DNA of 63,669 nucleotides, filler included, from Phoronis australis (GCA_002633005.1; 5 parts of 5 records of this genome joined end to end with filler, not necessarily neighbours in it); one strand, 5' to 3'; counted from the first letter of the whole stretch, positions 51,033 to 63,669 are shown. The notes: generated by a model not told the origin, from the letters alone. Numbers and translations: made by a program.

Positions 51033-51132
51033 NNNNNNNNNNNNNNNNNNNNNNNNNNNNNNNNNNNNNNNNNNNNTTAATTAATTAANNNNNNNNNNNN
51101 NNNNNNNNNNNNNNNNNNNNNNNNNNNNNNNN
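51033..51132. other. Artificial contig-joining linker
   Basis: 44 N + TTAATTAATTAA + 44 N. Confidence 0.97.
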
Positions 51133-51790
51133 TGAATTGAAACCATCTAAGCGAGTGTTTACAAGTTTCACGGGTGAGATTGTTAAACCTGTAGGTAAGT
51201 TTCTTGTACATGTCCAGTACGAAGATCAGTCCTGTGATCTGTGGTTGCATGTTGTCAAGCAGTGTAAACATAATTTACTAGGCAGGTCATGGTTAACTCA
51301 TCTGAAACTCAATTGGGGTGACTTACTGTCTAATAGGAAACATGTGCTGTCTGTCAACAGAGTTCATTCACTTGAGCTAGTGTTAAACAAACATAGTGAT
51401 TTGTTTGAAAACAAATTAGGCACTTTGAAGAATATTAAGGCCGATGTTCAATTGAAGGAAGGGAGCATGCCTGTAAGAAGTAAACCGTATAGGGTGCCAT
51501 TTGCGGTCAAACCGAAAGTTGATGAAGAACTAGATAGACTAGTTAAATGTGGCGTTCTTACACCTGTTGAACATAGTGATTGGAGCACAAGCATTGTCAC
51601 TGTTCAGAAATCTGATGGTTCTGTGAGAATATGCGGAAATTACAAAACTACTGTAAATCCGAATCTCAAACCAGTGGCACCGCCCAATATCAATATTGAG
51701 GAAATTTTGGCTAATTTAAGAGGAGGGGTCTGTTTTTCGAAATTGGATGTAGCTCATGCGTACAATCAAATGGAGCTTACTGAACTCATA
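51133..51790 (+). mobile_element. Ty3/Gypsy pol fragment (end of protease and start of RT)
   Basis: NLLGRSWL, PYRVPFA, SDWSTSIVTVQKSDGSVRICGNYK, FSKLDVAHAYNQ; truncated before YxDD. Confidence 0.93.
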
Positions 51791-52132
51791 AACAATAACA
51801 ACCTACAAACATCCTGTTATTGTGTGACTAAGTACACAACGACTGTGGTTAAAGTATTTTTTATGATTTTTCCAGAGTCGCTATGTTTTAGTGTGTTTTT
51901 TAAATAATGTTGCATGTCATACCTCTCAGAAAATTAATATTGTTCCAATAAATTAAGAAAATTGGAATATTCATTCTCGCGATACTGCAACACCATCCAA
52001 ATGTTCTTCTGCGTTACACACGGCAAAGCCAAAGTTTTATCCCCACGCGAAATAGCCTCGTTTACGCTCGACTAAAAAGGCATCTTTCAATCATAATTAA
52101 TTGATACTATATACCATTCATTATTATATACC

Positions 52133-52342
52133 ATGCATTATGTTTTTAGAAAAAAAAAACAATACTCAACGTCCCACAATAAATACAAGTCCGTTCGCCA
52201 GCTTGGCTCGGCCGTTGCTAGGCTGGATACTACCGGGATGCATTATGTTTTTAGAATAAAAAAACGATACTCAACGTCCCACAATAAATACAAGTCCGTT
52301 CGCCAGCTTGGCTCGGCCGTTGCTAGGCTGGATACTACCGGG
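52133..52342. repeat. 105-bp tandem duplication
   Basis: atgcattatgtttttaga...gctggatactaccggg at 52133 and 52238. Confidence 0.9.
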
Positions 52343-52449
52343 TTCATGAACTCGGTTTATTTACGAGTTTTCAAGGCCTCCACTGGGGGCGCCAGTATGC
52401 TTGTGACGTCAGTGGACAAAAGGGGAATTGGCCAACATTCACCATTCTG

Positions 52450-52654
52450 CTGCGCGTATGTGTGATTGTTATGTTCCTGAAGTACGAAAATTAAGAAACT
52501 TTAGCATGCCGTTATTATTGACAGGGATACGATAAAACGAATTTGGATTTTGACTATAGTCTTTATACAGCGAGCTGGCTGACCACTGCGTCAGTGTCTC
52601 CGTTAGACCCAGAAATTTCACACAGCCCGGGTAGTTCACTTCGTCCCCAACATG
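52450..52654 (+). repeat. Dispersed repeat, copy 2
   Basis: Matches 11007-11225. Confidence 0.85.
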
Positions 52655-55030
52655 TACTAGATCGAGCCTTGGTAGAGCTAACGACCGTCGGCCTGTGCAC
52701 ACAAAATCTGTGAGTTAACCAGCACTCACCTTGCACGTTGCAGTCGTTTAAATGAAAAAACAATCTAGTAAACGCCATTTTCTTGCATAATCCTCCGCCT
52801 TTTGTAACAAAAAGTCTATCGTCGATGACCCACACACGAACGCTCCGGCACTCACTCTCATACGCAGACGAACTTCAAAACAAACGTCACGTGACAACAA
52901 CATGTGTGTTCACCCAGAGATTTTTCTCGTGTTGTGGGGTACGATGTAGCGCAGATTTGCACTTAATCGCAATTAATCTGGACTCCACATGAACTTTAAA
53001 AATTGTAGAACATAAGGAAGATTTCAGGTAATTTGTTGAGTCGAAACTATATTTTTATTCAAGAGTTCAAGTTTTCCTAATGACGATGGCGATTCAGCGA
53101 CGCATCAGTCGGCAAGTTTTCGCCCTGTGATGAGCACAATTTTTTGAAAAATTATTGTAATTTAACAACGGAAGTTCATAGCAATGCACCACAGTTTTGA
53201 AAGACTGTCATAGGCTAAAAATATGTCACAGAGCATAAATTTTATGAATCCTAGCTTCCGATTTTACCCGTTTGGGAAACCGGCTTTCAACTGCCGTAGG
53301 CTAATAAAGCCTGATAAGAGTGAAGGCGGATAAAAGCAGTGTTCCTACAGTTTCTTGTGCTAGTGGATGTGTTCACCACATGGCAACTGTCTGCTTCACA
53401 ATCTCTAAAGACCTTGAGATTCGGAAGCGTTGGGTCGTTGCCGCGACGAAGCAAAATATGTCCGTGTAAAATTTATAAATGTTTTCGAAAAGTTACCGTA
53501 GATCATATTTTGTCGCATGTCGGTCAGTTGTTAAGCATCATAGTAACGACCGGAGTATGAGCCAGCCAGGCTGTGTTTTCATGACTACGGATTCAGGGGG
53601 GGCATGGCCCCCCCTAAAATTGTATCAGATCCCATTTTTGAGTTCGGGTGCGAATTGCTGACTAGCACACGTGCGCAACCAGGGCGGGTCTTGGGGGGGT
53701 GAATAAACAACGNNNNNNNNNNNNNNNNNNNNNNNNNNNNNNNNNNNNNNNNNNNNNNNNGGACCCCTGGATCCCCAGATTTTAGGCTGGGCGCGCGCAT
53801 CTGCCGAAATGCTGCTTATTCCTGTGCCCTGCCCCCCCTAACTCAAAATCCTGAATCCGACCCTGCTACGGGTTGAAACATTATAATTTTTCTTTCCAAA
53901 AAGAACAGGGCCCTCAATCCCTCAAGTTTGGGGCCCAATATCGGCCCTATTCCCCTCTTAAAAATATTGAAATATCACGCGAAATTCCCCCCACGAGGCA
54001 TAAAAATTCCCCTAGTGAAAAATCTCTCTGAGTTCACATCACATGTAACCACACAGGTGACAATTTTAAGAGCACAAAAGGCTACTATAAATTGAGGCAG
54101 AGCCTATGAGAGCTTGCAACAGGGCGGGGGTGCTATTGAAGGTGATCGGGAGGTAGATTGTTCCCGCCCTCACTCGGCGAAAAAATCGCCTCTCGGTAGG
54201 CACTGGCACCTTTCCCCTCCGAGGATGAACGAGGTTCCTGCAGAAAAAAATGATAACTATGATTGCATTGTCCAGTTAACTGAAATTGAGTTATAAAACG
54301 AGGTTATGTTTTGGACGAACGAATTAGGTGTTTTAATTTTAAAATTCAACTTGGTCTAGATTGATATTTGAAATCTAACACATGAAATAGACGTAAGAAT
54401 TATTACAACCAAGAAAGCAGAATTGATGGTCAATTAATTTTTATTTTCAATTACGAGCCTGGTTTATTATTTTAATAAAAATATATTTAATAATATCAAT
54501 TATTCTTCCAGATCAATGACAAATCAACTGTTAGTCCCAGTGAGTGCATAGGATCAGGCTATGCTTGATGTTAATATTCTTGATCAACAAATTAAACCAG
54601 ATGTGACTAATTGCACATGACAGCCACCACTGTCGAATATGCCTGCAACTCGTCATCATTACGAGCAGATGACCTTGTCCGCGTACAAAGTATTTTGATC
54701 AACAATTTACAAGAAAAAACTTAACCCTGCATTCAGCATAATACCTAATCCGCAACACTACGATCGCCGCAATTTGGTTAAATTTACTTTTCATGTTTCG
54801 AGCCTAGTTTTCCGAAAAAAATTAAACCCTTTCGTCAGAAAACTCTGGCGTCTTAACTTGTTCTTTAATGTAATTTTCTACGTCTCTCTGGTTAATTGTC
54901 GACACATCATTAAAATACAAGTGAGACTCGAAAGACCGGCTATTTAACTCACGCAATGTCTACTTTCGCTTTGTTTATCGCAGTGAGCCTCGCTTTGGAT
55001 TTTAATGTCCGCCGCGTGAATAGAGTCTAT

Positions 55031-56733
55031 ATACGGTCGACCTCACCTTGCCGAGAGTTGTGGCGTTAACCTGTATGGAAGGTGAGAATCGACGCAGCGA
55101 CTTCAGTGGTTCGTCTTCAAAGTGAATGTCGCTATATTGCGGTGCATCGGCTCCCGCTTGTCCGAACTATGAAGCTGCGAAGAAAGGGGGTATATCGTTT
55201 TTTCGACTTCCTCGAGATCCCGAAATGCTTAGGAAGTGGTTTGCGGTAGTGAAGAATGAAAGGTATTTAATGCTGTTAATAGCAAGTATGAGTCCGTGAA
55301 ACATCTCCGTGTCTGTGGCCAGCAATTCGTCGACAGTGATTTCTCTGACAAATTCCGGCTTACCAAAGAACTATCCATGATACGTTTCGTTGCCCATGCA
55401 TTTTTCACGGCGCCTCTATAGTATTTCTTGATCAGTGTATTCCGGTTTGGACTGATAGCCTGTAAAACCTTACGATGATCCGACCCGTGAAGTCTTCGTC
55501 GGATGAGCTCTTGACGTAGTCGGGATTGTCGTCGGGCGAATTGCAATGTACAATAGACATTTATTACAGACACTCTACGTTCTGTTTCAAAATGAATTAT
55601 TCTCATCCTAAAATGGTCCTAACCAATGCTTATATGAAACAGAAACAAAGTATGTCTCATTAGATACAATTTGTAATGCCTCGGAGTGCTCGTGAGTGCA
55701 AATGGTTTGAGAAGCCAGCAAAGAATAAACCACTGCCTTATCGGCTTTTGATGCCCGCAACAAAGGTAATTGACCGGGCACCGAGGCAGTGTGAGCGCGA
55801 GCTAATTCAGTGTTTGCTGACAGAAAGCTGTTGTGAAAAAATACTCTATTTTGTATGCTATTGACACATGTTAGGGAATCTTTATTTAGAAATACAAATA
55901 CATTATTCAAATCAGTGTTACTGTACAACCTTTGCCCTCACAGTGTGTGGAATGGGAACCCGACTTCGCGGCCCCCACAAGTAAGTCACGGTATATTTTC
56001 AGTTTCGTGGCTAATTCACATAAATAATTATGTGAACATTATTTCTTTGGCCCACTATTATAGGCTTTTTGTGACTAGAGGTTTAGTTTCCCACTGAATC
56101 TGGTTGACGTTCGTGCCAGTCCCGGCGGTCGCGACGGGCCTGATCGGATTCCGAGCCACTGGCCGGGGTAACGAGTCAGTCCGGCCGCAGCGTGCATGAT
56201 CGGTTTCCTAGCTACTGGAGGGGATAGCAAGCCTTTTGCCTGTGTAGAACTAAAAAAATCACAAATATAAACAACACAAATCTAGGTTCTCCTGTCTGTA
56301 TTTCACGGAAGAATACTTCGAATTTATCTCCGAACAGACTCCAAACTCCTGTTACGGACCTTGGTAAATTGGCCTGCCGAACTTTGTACATGTAGGCTAC
56401 GGTGTGTTCAAATACCAGTAAATCCGTAACAGCGAAATAAAACAACACATTTTCATAAGAGCTCGGGGGATATTTTTAAGGGTTTTACATCGAAGTTTGA
56501 TGATTTATTGGTGTTAAAGGACTAATTCAAGCGATAAGCTGACACCACTACAACACGTGTTGTGAACTGCTGAGCAGACTGCGTGTGAAACCAATCATCG
56601 TGCGTCATTGGATAACTTCAACACCTCCGTCTGCCGTCAAGAGTCCTGTAACGCAACCGAACCTGCCGTTATCTAGTAGAACTACTCGATCTAAATTGAT
56701 ACAAAATAGGTTGTTTTTTGGGTGGCATTCACC
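55031..56733 (+). mobile_element. Non-autonomous DNA element with decayed THAP domain, copy B (Kolobok-like)
   Basis: From ~55126: MSLYCGASAPACPNYEAAKKGGISFFRLPRDPEMLRKWFAVV../..HLRVCGQQFVDSDF (THAP-like, frameshifted); ends in ggtggcattcacc|TTAA. Confidence 0.72.
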
Positions 56734-57819
56734 TTAAGTCCATTACGGTGTTCGAAAACTGACCAATGAAATCTGGTTCTCCGAAATATATGATGGTGAT
56801 GGAGATTATTATATGAACTCATAAGTACAATACAATTGCCTTTTTGAGCTATATAACCCTATAATGGATTTTCATTGCTGCACCCGCAAAACTGAAAATC
56901 TTTGACGAAAATACTCTCGGACATCTTCCGAAAGAATTTTTTTGTTCAGCATCTTGCTCCATAAATAATTGTACAGAAGAATAGTTGCACCTAGAGTATC
57001 TTAATCTAACTTGACGGTTGCAGATTGGCAGAAAACTGTGTAAATGAGTTATGTAAAAACTGACTACACAAAAGTATGAAAGAAACGACTCGACAGATAT
57101 TTTATTCTGGCGTTGGGCTCATCTAAGACAGCATTAACAGATGAAAGTTAACTCATGTTCCAAAATTGCGAAATAGAATTGGAAGAACAATAAAAATGAG
57201 TAAAAATGACATTAAGAATAAGAAGTGAAAGTGACATCTTAGGCTAAAATGGTGTAACATAAAAATCATGAACTCCATCCAAACAAGTTTTTTGTAGTTT
57301 ATTCTTTCCTCTTTACGTCTATATCATCAGCAATAATGAGTTGTATCTGACGGATAATCACTCACTTCACTGTATACTGTACTTCCATTTGTTGTTTTAT
57401 GAAAAAGTACAAAGCGGTCGTTAAAAAACTGAGGAACAGTGGAAGATTTAGAGGGGGTTGCAAGGGGGCCACGCCCCCTAAAGTTCTCCCAGATTCCGTT
57501 TGGCAGTTCGGGGGTGTGAATGTCTTACAGGCCAAATTCTGGCTAATACTCTGCCCTGGCTCCCCCTAACACAAAATCCTAGATCCGCCCCGCAGAAACT
57601 CTTAAAAATTAGGTTCAAGTTTCTTTTGTCAAAGCAAGCTGATGTGGTAAGTTTCAAAATTCTGTGATTTTGCATATATATCCCACCATCTGGTTTTAAT
57701 ATGGAATTGTTCTCAAGATCAGACTACATACATGTACAATCAAGATCGCTCTAAAACCAGTGCTGTCACTTTCATTTATAATTAGGGACTTGATGAATAT
57801 ATGTGGAATGTCGGAAAAA

Positions 57820-57887
57820 TCAGCTGTGTGACTGCATAGTGTCGGCGAGGAGTTCTAACCACAGCAGTCGCTTCTCACAGTGGAAGA
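57820..57887 (-). CDS. Putative terminal exon of the ShKT-domain protein
   Basis: ctgttgtag| in phase 1 after the previous exon gives (F)FHCEKRLLWLELLADTMQSHS*. Confidence 0.45.
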
Positions 57888-58009
57888 CTACAACAGTACC
57901 AGGTTCAGACTTATTCCCGACGTGTGAACACCTATGTCTGCAAAGTTTCAATCAAGCATAACAGTTTGACCTCTTTTCTTAACATATAAAAACAATTTTT
58001 TCAACTTAC

Positions 58010-58315
58010 ATTGATCACATTCACAAGTTTTCTTGCAAACTTTTGTCACGGAATTCAATTTGCAATGGCCTTTTGCCGCCCAAACCCGACAGGTGTAGTC
58101 GGGATTATCACGCTTGTTGGATGTCTTGATGTTAGTTGCAGTGCGGCAAAAATCGGGAATAGTGTGTTTCACTGCAGTCACTGCAACCTTGACAATTGTT
58201 GGAGCTGTCGGTGATAGTTTTGTGGATAATGTTGGGATTGCCTGAGCCTCTATTCCTGATTCTTCCAGGGTTGTCCCTGTCTTCTTTCGAGAGTCTTTTG
58301 GGGTATTGGTGACAC
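58010..58315 (-). CDS. ShKT-domain protein exon: Thr/Pro-rich linker plus ShK/CRISP-ICR-like domain
   Basis: tttcttgtag|...|gtaagt, phase 1-1, 306 nt; ...FC...YTCRVWAAKGHCKLNSVTKVCKKTCEC. Confidence 0.8.
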
Positions 58316-60112
58316 CTACAAGAAACATATTATACGTAATGGATCTTCGGATATTTTACAATGTATATCATTTCAAAGTGTGCTGAATTCCTATTATCAA
58401 CAAATTTTTACGTAACGTTAGAACTGACAATGTCAATATGCCTTTCACTGTCACTCAACGTAGAATACATTTTTTCATATTTGGTTGGGCGATCTTCCAA
58501 CGTGGCGTCATCTGTTTAAAAATTTAATAAAGATGCAAAAAGTTTCACTTCGAACGACAATCAAGAAATACATTAGCTTGGGTAGAACGGAATTCCGTCA
58601 CTGGTTATAGTCTGCCGACTGAATGAGTTGAAATTAATTTTGTGACGTTAAGTGGCTTAAATCAATACACAAAACGAACGAGAGTGGCGTACATTTTTAA
58701 ATACTTCACCCAGACTCTGCACATTCTAGTATGCACTTGAGCGTTAGGTTACAAGTTTTATCTAATAAAAGAAACAATTTCAAATGCATCGATTTATTAC
58801 TTGAAAAGATAAAAATATAAAGATGAAAACAATGGTAATTGTGCATTGTACTTGTAACATTTCCTTAAACAACAACATTTGATATGTAGTTACCAAGGAA
58901 TAGGCGCCTATAACATTTAGCTATTGAAAACTGACACATAAGTGTCATATAAATAACAGTTTTTTTCGGGATAGTACACTTGGGACTTGATTGCATGTTG
59001 AGAGTTATTTATACTGCTGCAACTGTATTATTTTAAACTATTTTGGAAAAGTCTGATGATCGAACCGGCTAAAGAAGTCGAGTCGTCATTGACCTACCTT
59101 TTGAACTTTTAATGTCAGAGGGTATTGTTGAAGTAGTGCGGGAGGGGAATGCGAAACATAATATCACATGACCGTATTGCTTTCGACGTATTCAACGCGT
59201 ATTGTGTGAATAGTTGATATTTTTGAACAAATTGCCGTTACAACATTATAACTTCTTTACAATTTGAAGGTAATTTGTGTGACAAATGGAATTAATGAAC
59301 ACATTATCATTCTTCAGCTTAGAAAATTCCTCAGATAGTCTAAATAAAGGCAACATAACTTGATAGTGTTTGTTCAAGGAAACATTCAAATGTCAAGAAA
59401 TTCATTCTAAAAGATGTTCAAACATTCTGACTAACGATCGGGATCTCACTTTTGCACCAAGAGGCTGTTGAGAGTTATTTATACTCTTAACATTCTCTGT
59501 TTGGACAAGATGCTTGCGCGCATTGCACTGCAATATTTAATGAAGTTTATATTACGTTGAGGTTGGGAAGCTTAGGCAGTTCATCTTCTNCTGCAATCCA
59601 CAGTCTGGGGACGAAAACAATTCAAATCCGCTCCTCGAAATAGAGCTTGCTTAGCTGGAATTCAGACCTGCGGTCACGAGAGTGTTTTCACCTCTTGGTT
59701 GCGAAGCGACCGAGTTAGCTGTGGCATCTTCATCAGCGCGTGCTCTCAGCGGGAGGTCACCGCTTTATGCACTCAAGCGGTCGACAACAACTAAACTGAC
59801 GAGAGTCTCAGAACTCCCACATGCAAATTTGATATGCAAATGAGGTAGTATTTGACTACTGCGCCATCTATACATCGACGGAAAAGCTTAAGTACCCGTG
59901 ACTGCGTGTGGGAAATTGCGATTGCGTGCGCTGAAGTCGATATTTTCAAAGTACAATTACACCACTGTTTAAGGTTGAAAAGTGAGTTTTTTTGATATCC
60001 TTCCATAGAAAAGGCTTTAATCTCTCTGATAAAATCATCGGTTTCCTTTTAAACGAAACTTAAGTCCTGAAATTAGTCCGGGGAAGGAGGCCAAAAACGG
60101 TGGTTTAGCTAG

Positions 60113-61650
60113 TTGTCCCTTCCTGGTTATCTCTTCCTGGTACGACATATCGCCAGTGTCAGGAGTCCCTTAAGGTGCCCAGAATCATCATGTCCAGTTT
60201 GCCTATTCATCGCCGACTTTGAGGACCCAGTCGACCGTGGTTTGTCTGTTTCTGACTTCATCAACGGCTCGTCTCACATGCCTTTTACAAGCAGAGTGCC
60301 CCGACCTACGACGTACCCACACACATCTTTCGCAAAGAACCCGGCCATCCAAGAAAGCCAGCAAAATTGTCGACGTCAAACGTTACCTCAGGGATGTTAC
60401 CATTGCATTAGATGGTGTGTTAGTGGTAAAGTCAGCTGAACCTTTGCAGCCACCGCGAGATCACATTGTTATACCCAGATCCGTACTTGACGGCCTCCTG
60501 ACTGCTCTCCACGTCCGGTTCGCCCACCCTTCACGTTTCCAGACCAATCATGCGTTCAATCGTTACTTTTGCTCTAGATCTGGACAAAGCTGTCGACTTC
60601 GTTTCTTCTGCTTGTCACATGTGTCAAGCTGTCCAATCTCTCCCTCCAGCAGCAACCCACTTCACGTGCTCCAGGTGTCATTGGCTCCTTTTTCGCCGCT
60701 GACATCATGCGCCGCTATCGACAGTTCATACTCGTCTTAAGGGACACTGTTACTTCCTACACTTCGCACGGCTTCTTTCAAGCGAAACCCGTGATGAACT
60801 TGTCAACGCCTTGTTGATCATGTGCTCTGATTTTAGTCTTGTTCGTGACTGTGGAATTACGATACGTGTTAAATCCGCTCCTGGCTTTGTTGCTTTGAAG
60901 AATGATCAGCAACTCATTTCGCGGGGAATTCCCCTAGATATTGGACGTGTCAAGAATCCGAATAAAAACCATCTTGCAGAGCGTTCTATAGAGGAATTAG
61001 GAATGGAGCTTCTACGTCTATCCCCAGATGGCAGTCCCATTTCTGCAGTGACCCTGGCATTTGCCACATCTTATCTCAACTCCCGTCTAAGTCGGGATTG
61101 TTTATCTTCCCGTGAACTATAGACGCAACACGACCAATTTACAGGTTCTAAGCTTCCAGTGGTGGACCGCGATATCATCCTCAATCAGAACAAGTCTCGT
61201 ATTGACAACTACATGCCTAGCGCTACTTCTAAGGTTCGAGGTCGTGTCGCTCCTTCTTCCACTTTGCTCGCTGTCGGCTAGTTAGTGTACCTCAAAGGCG
61301 ACAAGGACAAGACACGTGCTCGGGAGCGTTATTTGGTTGTTGCCATATCTGATGATTGGTGTGAGCTACCCAAGTTTACCTCGTCTCAATTTCGCAGTAA
61401 GACTTTCACCGTGCGCATGTCCGATTGTTATGCTGTTCCCAGTACTGCCTTTCCGTCTGATGAACCTGTTCGAGGTTTATCTTACCCATCGTATGACGAT
61501 GTCGACTTTGACCTGCTGACACTCCCTTCTCCACCCAACCTCAGGTGTCCCCCAATGACTCACTTTTAACAGAACAGCCACCAGTTCTCGTGCCTCCTTC
61601 ACCCTCGGCTATCGTGGACCCTCCCGAGTCTTATCAGACACGTACTCAGC
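60113..61650 (+). mobile_element. Degenerate Ty3/Gypsy integrase region
   Basis: Zinc-binding ALHVRFAHP...CHMC, core AADIMR, SAPGF, KNPNKNHLAERSIEEL, and C-terminal VYLKGDKDKTRARERYLV; multiple frameshifts and stops. Confidence 0.85.
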
Positions 61651-61655
61651 CTGTN

Positions 61656-61798
61656 TTCTCCACAAGCGCCGCAAGTCTTTGCACAATCTCGCTTCGTTGT
61701 GTAGCGCTTGCACCCTGTGCTTAGACTAGACAAATGCTTGCAGTAAAACGACGGGTACTTGTCAATGCAAGAATGCGTACTCACAGTCCTGGGTTCAC
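61656..61798 (-). CDS. ShKT-domain exon (3' boundary lost at N 61655)
   Basis: ctctag|(G)EPRTVSTHS-CIDKYPSFYCKHLSSLSTGCKRYTTKRDCAKTCGAC-GE; six Cys ending CxxxCxxC. Confidence 0.82.
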
Positions 61799-63458
61799 CT
61801 AGAGTATGAATGAAGATACCTCGATAGAGTTGGTGGGTGTTAACATCTCCAGTGTTTGAATACAGCTTCTGGTTACCAACGGGAAGGTTGAAATTGAATG
61901 TCAGTACTAGAGGTGTAGAATTCACATTTCGGAAATTAGTAACTAACTAACATCCGCCACGGCACAATTGAGCCAATACGTTCGTGTATGGGAAGTATCT
62001 GTCTTTTGATGTGGTTACCTTTACTAAAACTATATAATGTAGATATCTGGTTCGATGGAGACACGTTTTTTTGGAGCGTTTGTACTCGCCATTCAACAAT
62101 AACAAGACTGCATGCTTATCTTGATTAGTATTTCAGAAACAGCTGCTAGAGGATGCACAAAACATCAAACCCGTCCAAAAATGATAGGATATATATTATC
62201 TTCTCTCCTACAAATCCAATTCGGTAAAAATCACCCAATGAACGCCGAATATAAGAAATTAACAAAATAAAATTACCGCACTTGTGGTTGCCAGAACTAT
62301 CAATTTTTTTTTGTTTATTATCCGTTTCTACGTTCATACTAAAATTGCATAGTTAACAAGAATGCTACAACAGGTTGAGGTGCTACGGTTCTGTACGAGA
62401 GTCTACGGCAGTCGTGCTCTAAGCAATGGTAATTCATCTACCAATTTTCATAATGATGGTTTTGAGAGGTTTGGCGGTTAGAGAGGCGGCGAAAGCCAAG
62501 AAAACCTAGACCACTTGTTGGCACAGTACAGTGGCGTGGGAAGCATTTTCGGTTTGGCAAATGGTGAGGGTACGGATCGGAGACATCCAGAATAAACGTT
62601 TGGTAATTCAAGTCTTGTTTGATGTACTTTAGAATCGTCAAAATGACTGCCGTTCTTGCCGCACGGATTAAGGGGCCCATGCAGAATACGTCCAATTACT
62701 GAACGCCTGTTTGTCACATTTTACGAAAATCGGCCAAGAACCCTCTGAATATACATAACCAAACGTGAACATTTTGAAAGTGACAATAGGGGTCACAGCG
62801 GTTGTCCTTCATGCATAGGAGACATCGGCCAAACTTCTCCAGACTGCAACGAATTACATGTACATGAACATGTAGGAGATACAGATACAGAAAAACAAAA
62901 AACTGGACGTATTGTGCTCCAGTTGTCGCATATGTCACGCGCGGTCTCCTCAGCAGAAACACATCTTCTGTTTTTTCTGAGCAACTGGTGGGGTAAAATC
63001 CGGACTACCGCCTGTTTGCCAACTTTTATGAAAATCCGCAAAGGACGTCAAAAGAAATAGTGGATTGATATGATACTCAGTCATCTGTTCCTAAGGAATA
63101 TATTAAATTTTGGATATGCAACGACACCTGGCGTACTGACGTTGAACCCAAAGATAGGTATCCTAGACAATGTCCAACCATGTATGCACATGTATACTGT
63201 ATGCGTGAAATGTTTTCGTTGTAGTTTTTACTTAAAAAGCATCAACAAAATGTCTGATAATTTAATGAACGCAATCTGACTCAGTCATACAAGTACACCT
63301 GTAGAACAGATTTGGGTTTTGAGCCAAGCAAATATATTTGTTTTAAAAACATACATGTATAACTGATAAATCCTATAATTTGAATTATAGCACTGAATTT
63401 CTTTCCAGGTATTCAGTGATCAGTGCAAATACCTCAGAATCCAGCACCATACACGTAC

Positions 63459-63572
63459 CTTTCGGTTTACAAACGCCACATGATCTCTCGCACTGTGCTT
63501 TCATGGTAAGGTCGGTGCAACGCCCGTCTTTTTTAATCTTGTCACAGTAGACGTCAGGTTTATTATTGTAAC
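63459..63572 (-). CDS. ShKT-domain exon
   Basis: cctgcag|(x)YNNKPDVYCDKIKKDGRCTDLTMKAQCERSCGVCKPK(G)|gtacgt; phase 1-1, 114 nt. The first codon is TGT (Cys) if the upstream exon ends in T. Confidence 0.85.
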
Positions 63573-63669
63573 CTGCAGGAAGATCACGGTGTGCATTTAT
63601 TGAGATATGTACGATGCGCGCTGTAAGTACCGGTCTACACACTCCGTCACAAAAGGTACTGAACACTGT

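Noticed and set aside
62400-63050. Cys-containing minus-strand ORFs as extra ShKT exons
   Set aside because: No ShKT Cys spacing, and the phase-1 readings from candidate acceptors hit stops.

Overview
Eukaryotic (invertebrate-like, AT-rich, intron-containing) DNA made of five unrelated contigs joined by artificial 100-nt linkers (44 N + TTAATTAATTAA + 44 N). Host genes read from splice sites and translations: (1) a Pi-class glutathione S-transferase on +, with 7 coding exons visible at 4677-12477; (2) the last exon of a convergent PDSS2-like gene on -; (3) four exons of the ER lectin OS-9 on + at 36283-39092; (4) the 3' part of a multi-ShKT-domain protein on - at 57820-63572. The rest is mostly mobile DNA. 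There is a nested cluster in which a host repeat carries a CR1/L2-group LINE that in turn carries a Penelope-like element (PLE), with a second PLE nearby; both PLEs have inverted ends carrying minimal hammerhead ribozymes. Also present are a near-intact piggyBac transposase, a hAT relic, two Ty3/Gypsy fragments, two THAP-bearing TTAA-ended element copies, MITEs, a perfect 47-bp tandem array and a dimeric ~302-bp satellite. There is no CRISPR array, rRNA or tRNA. All calls come from manual reading; no database search was run, and I found no clearly novel multi-gene system.
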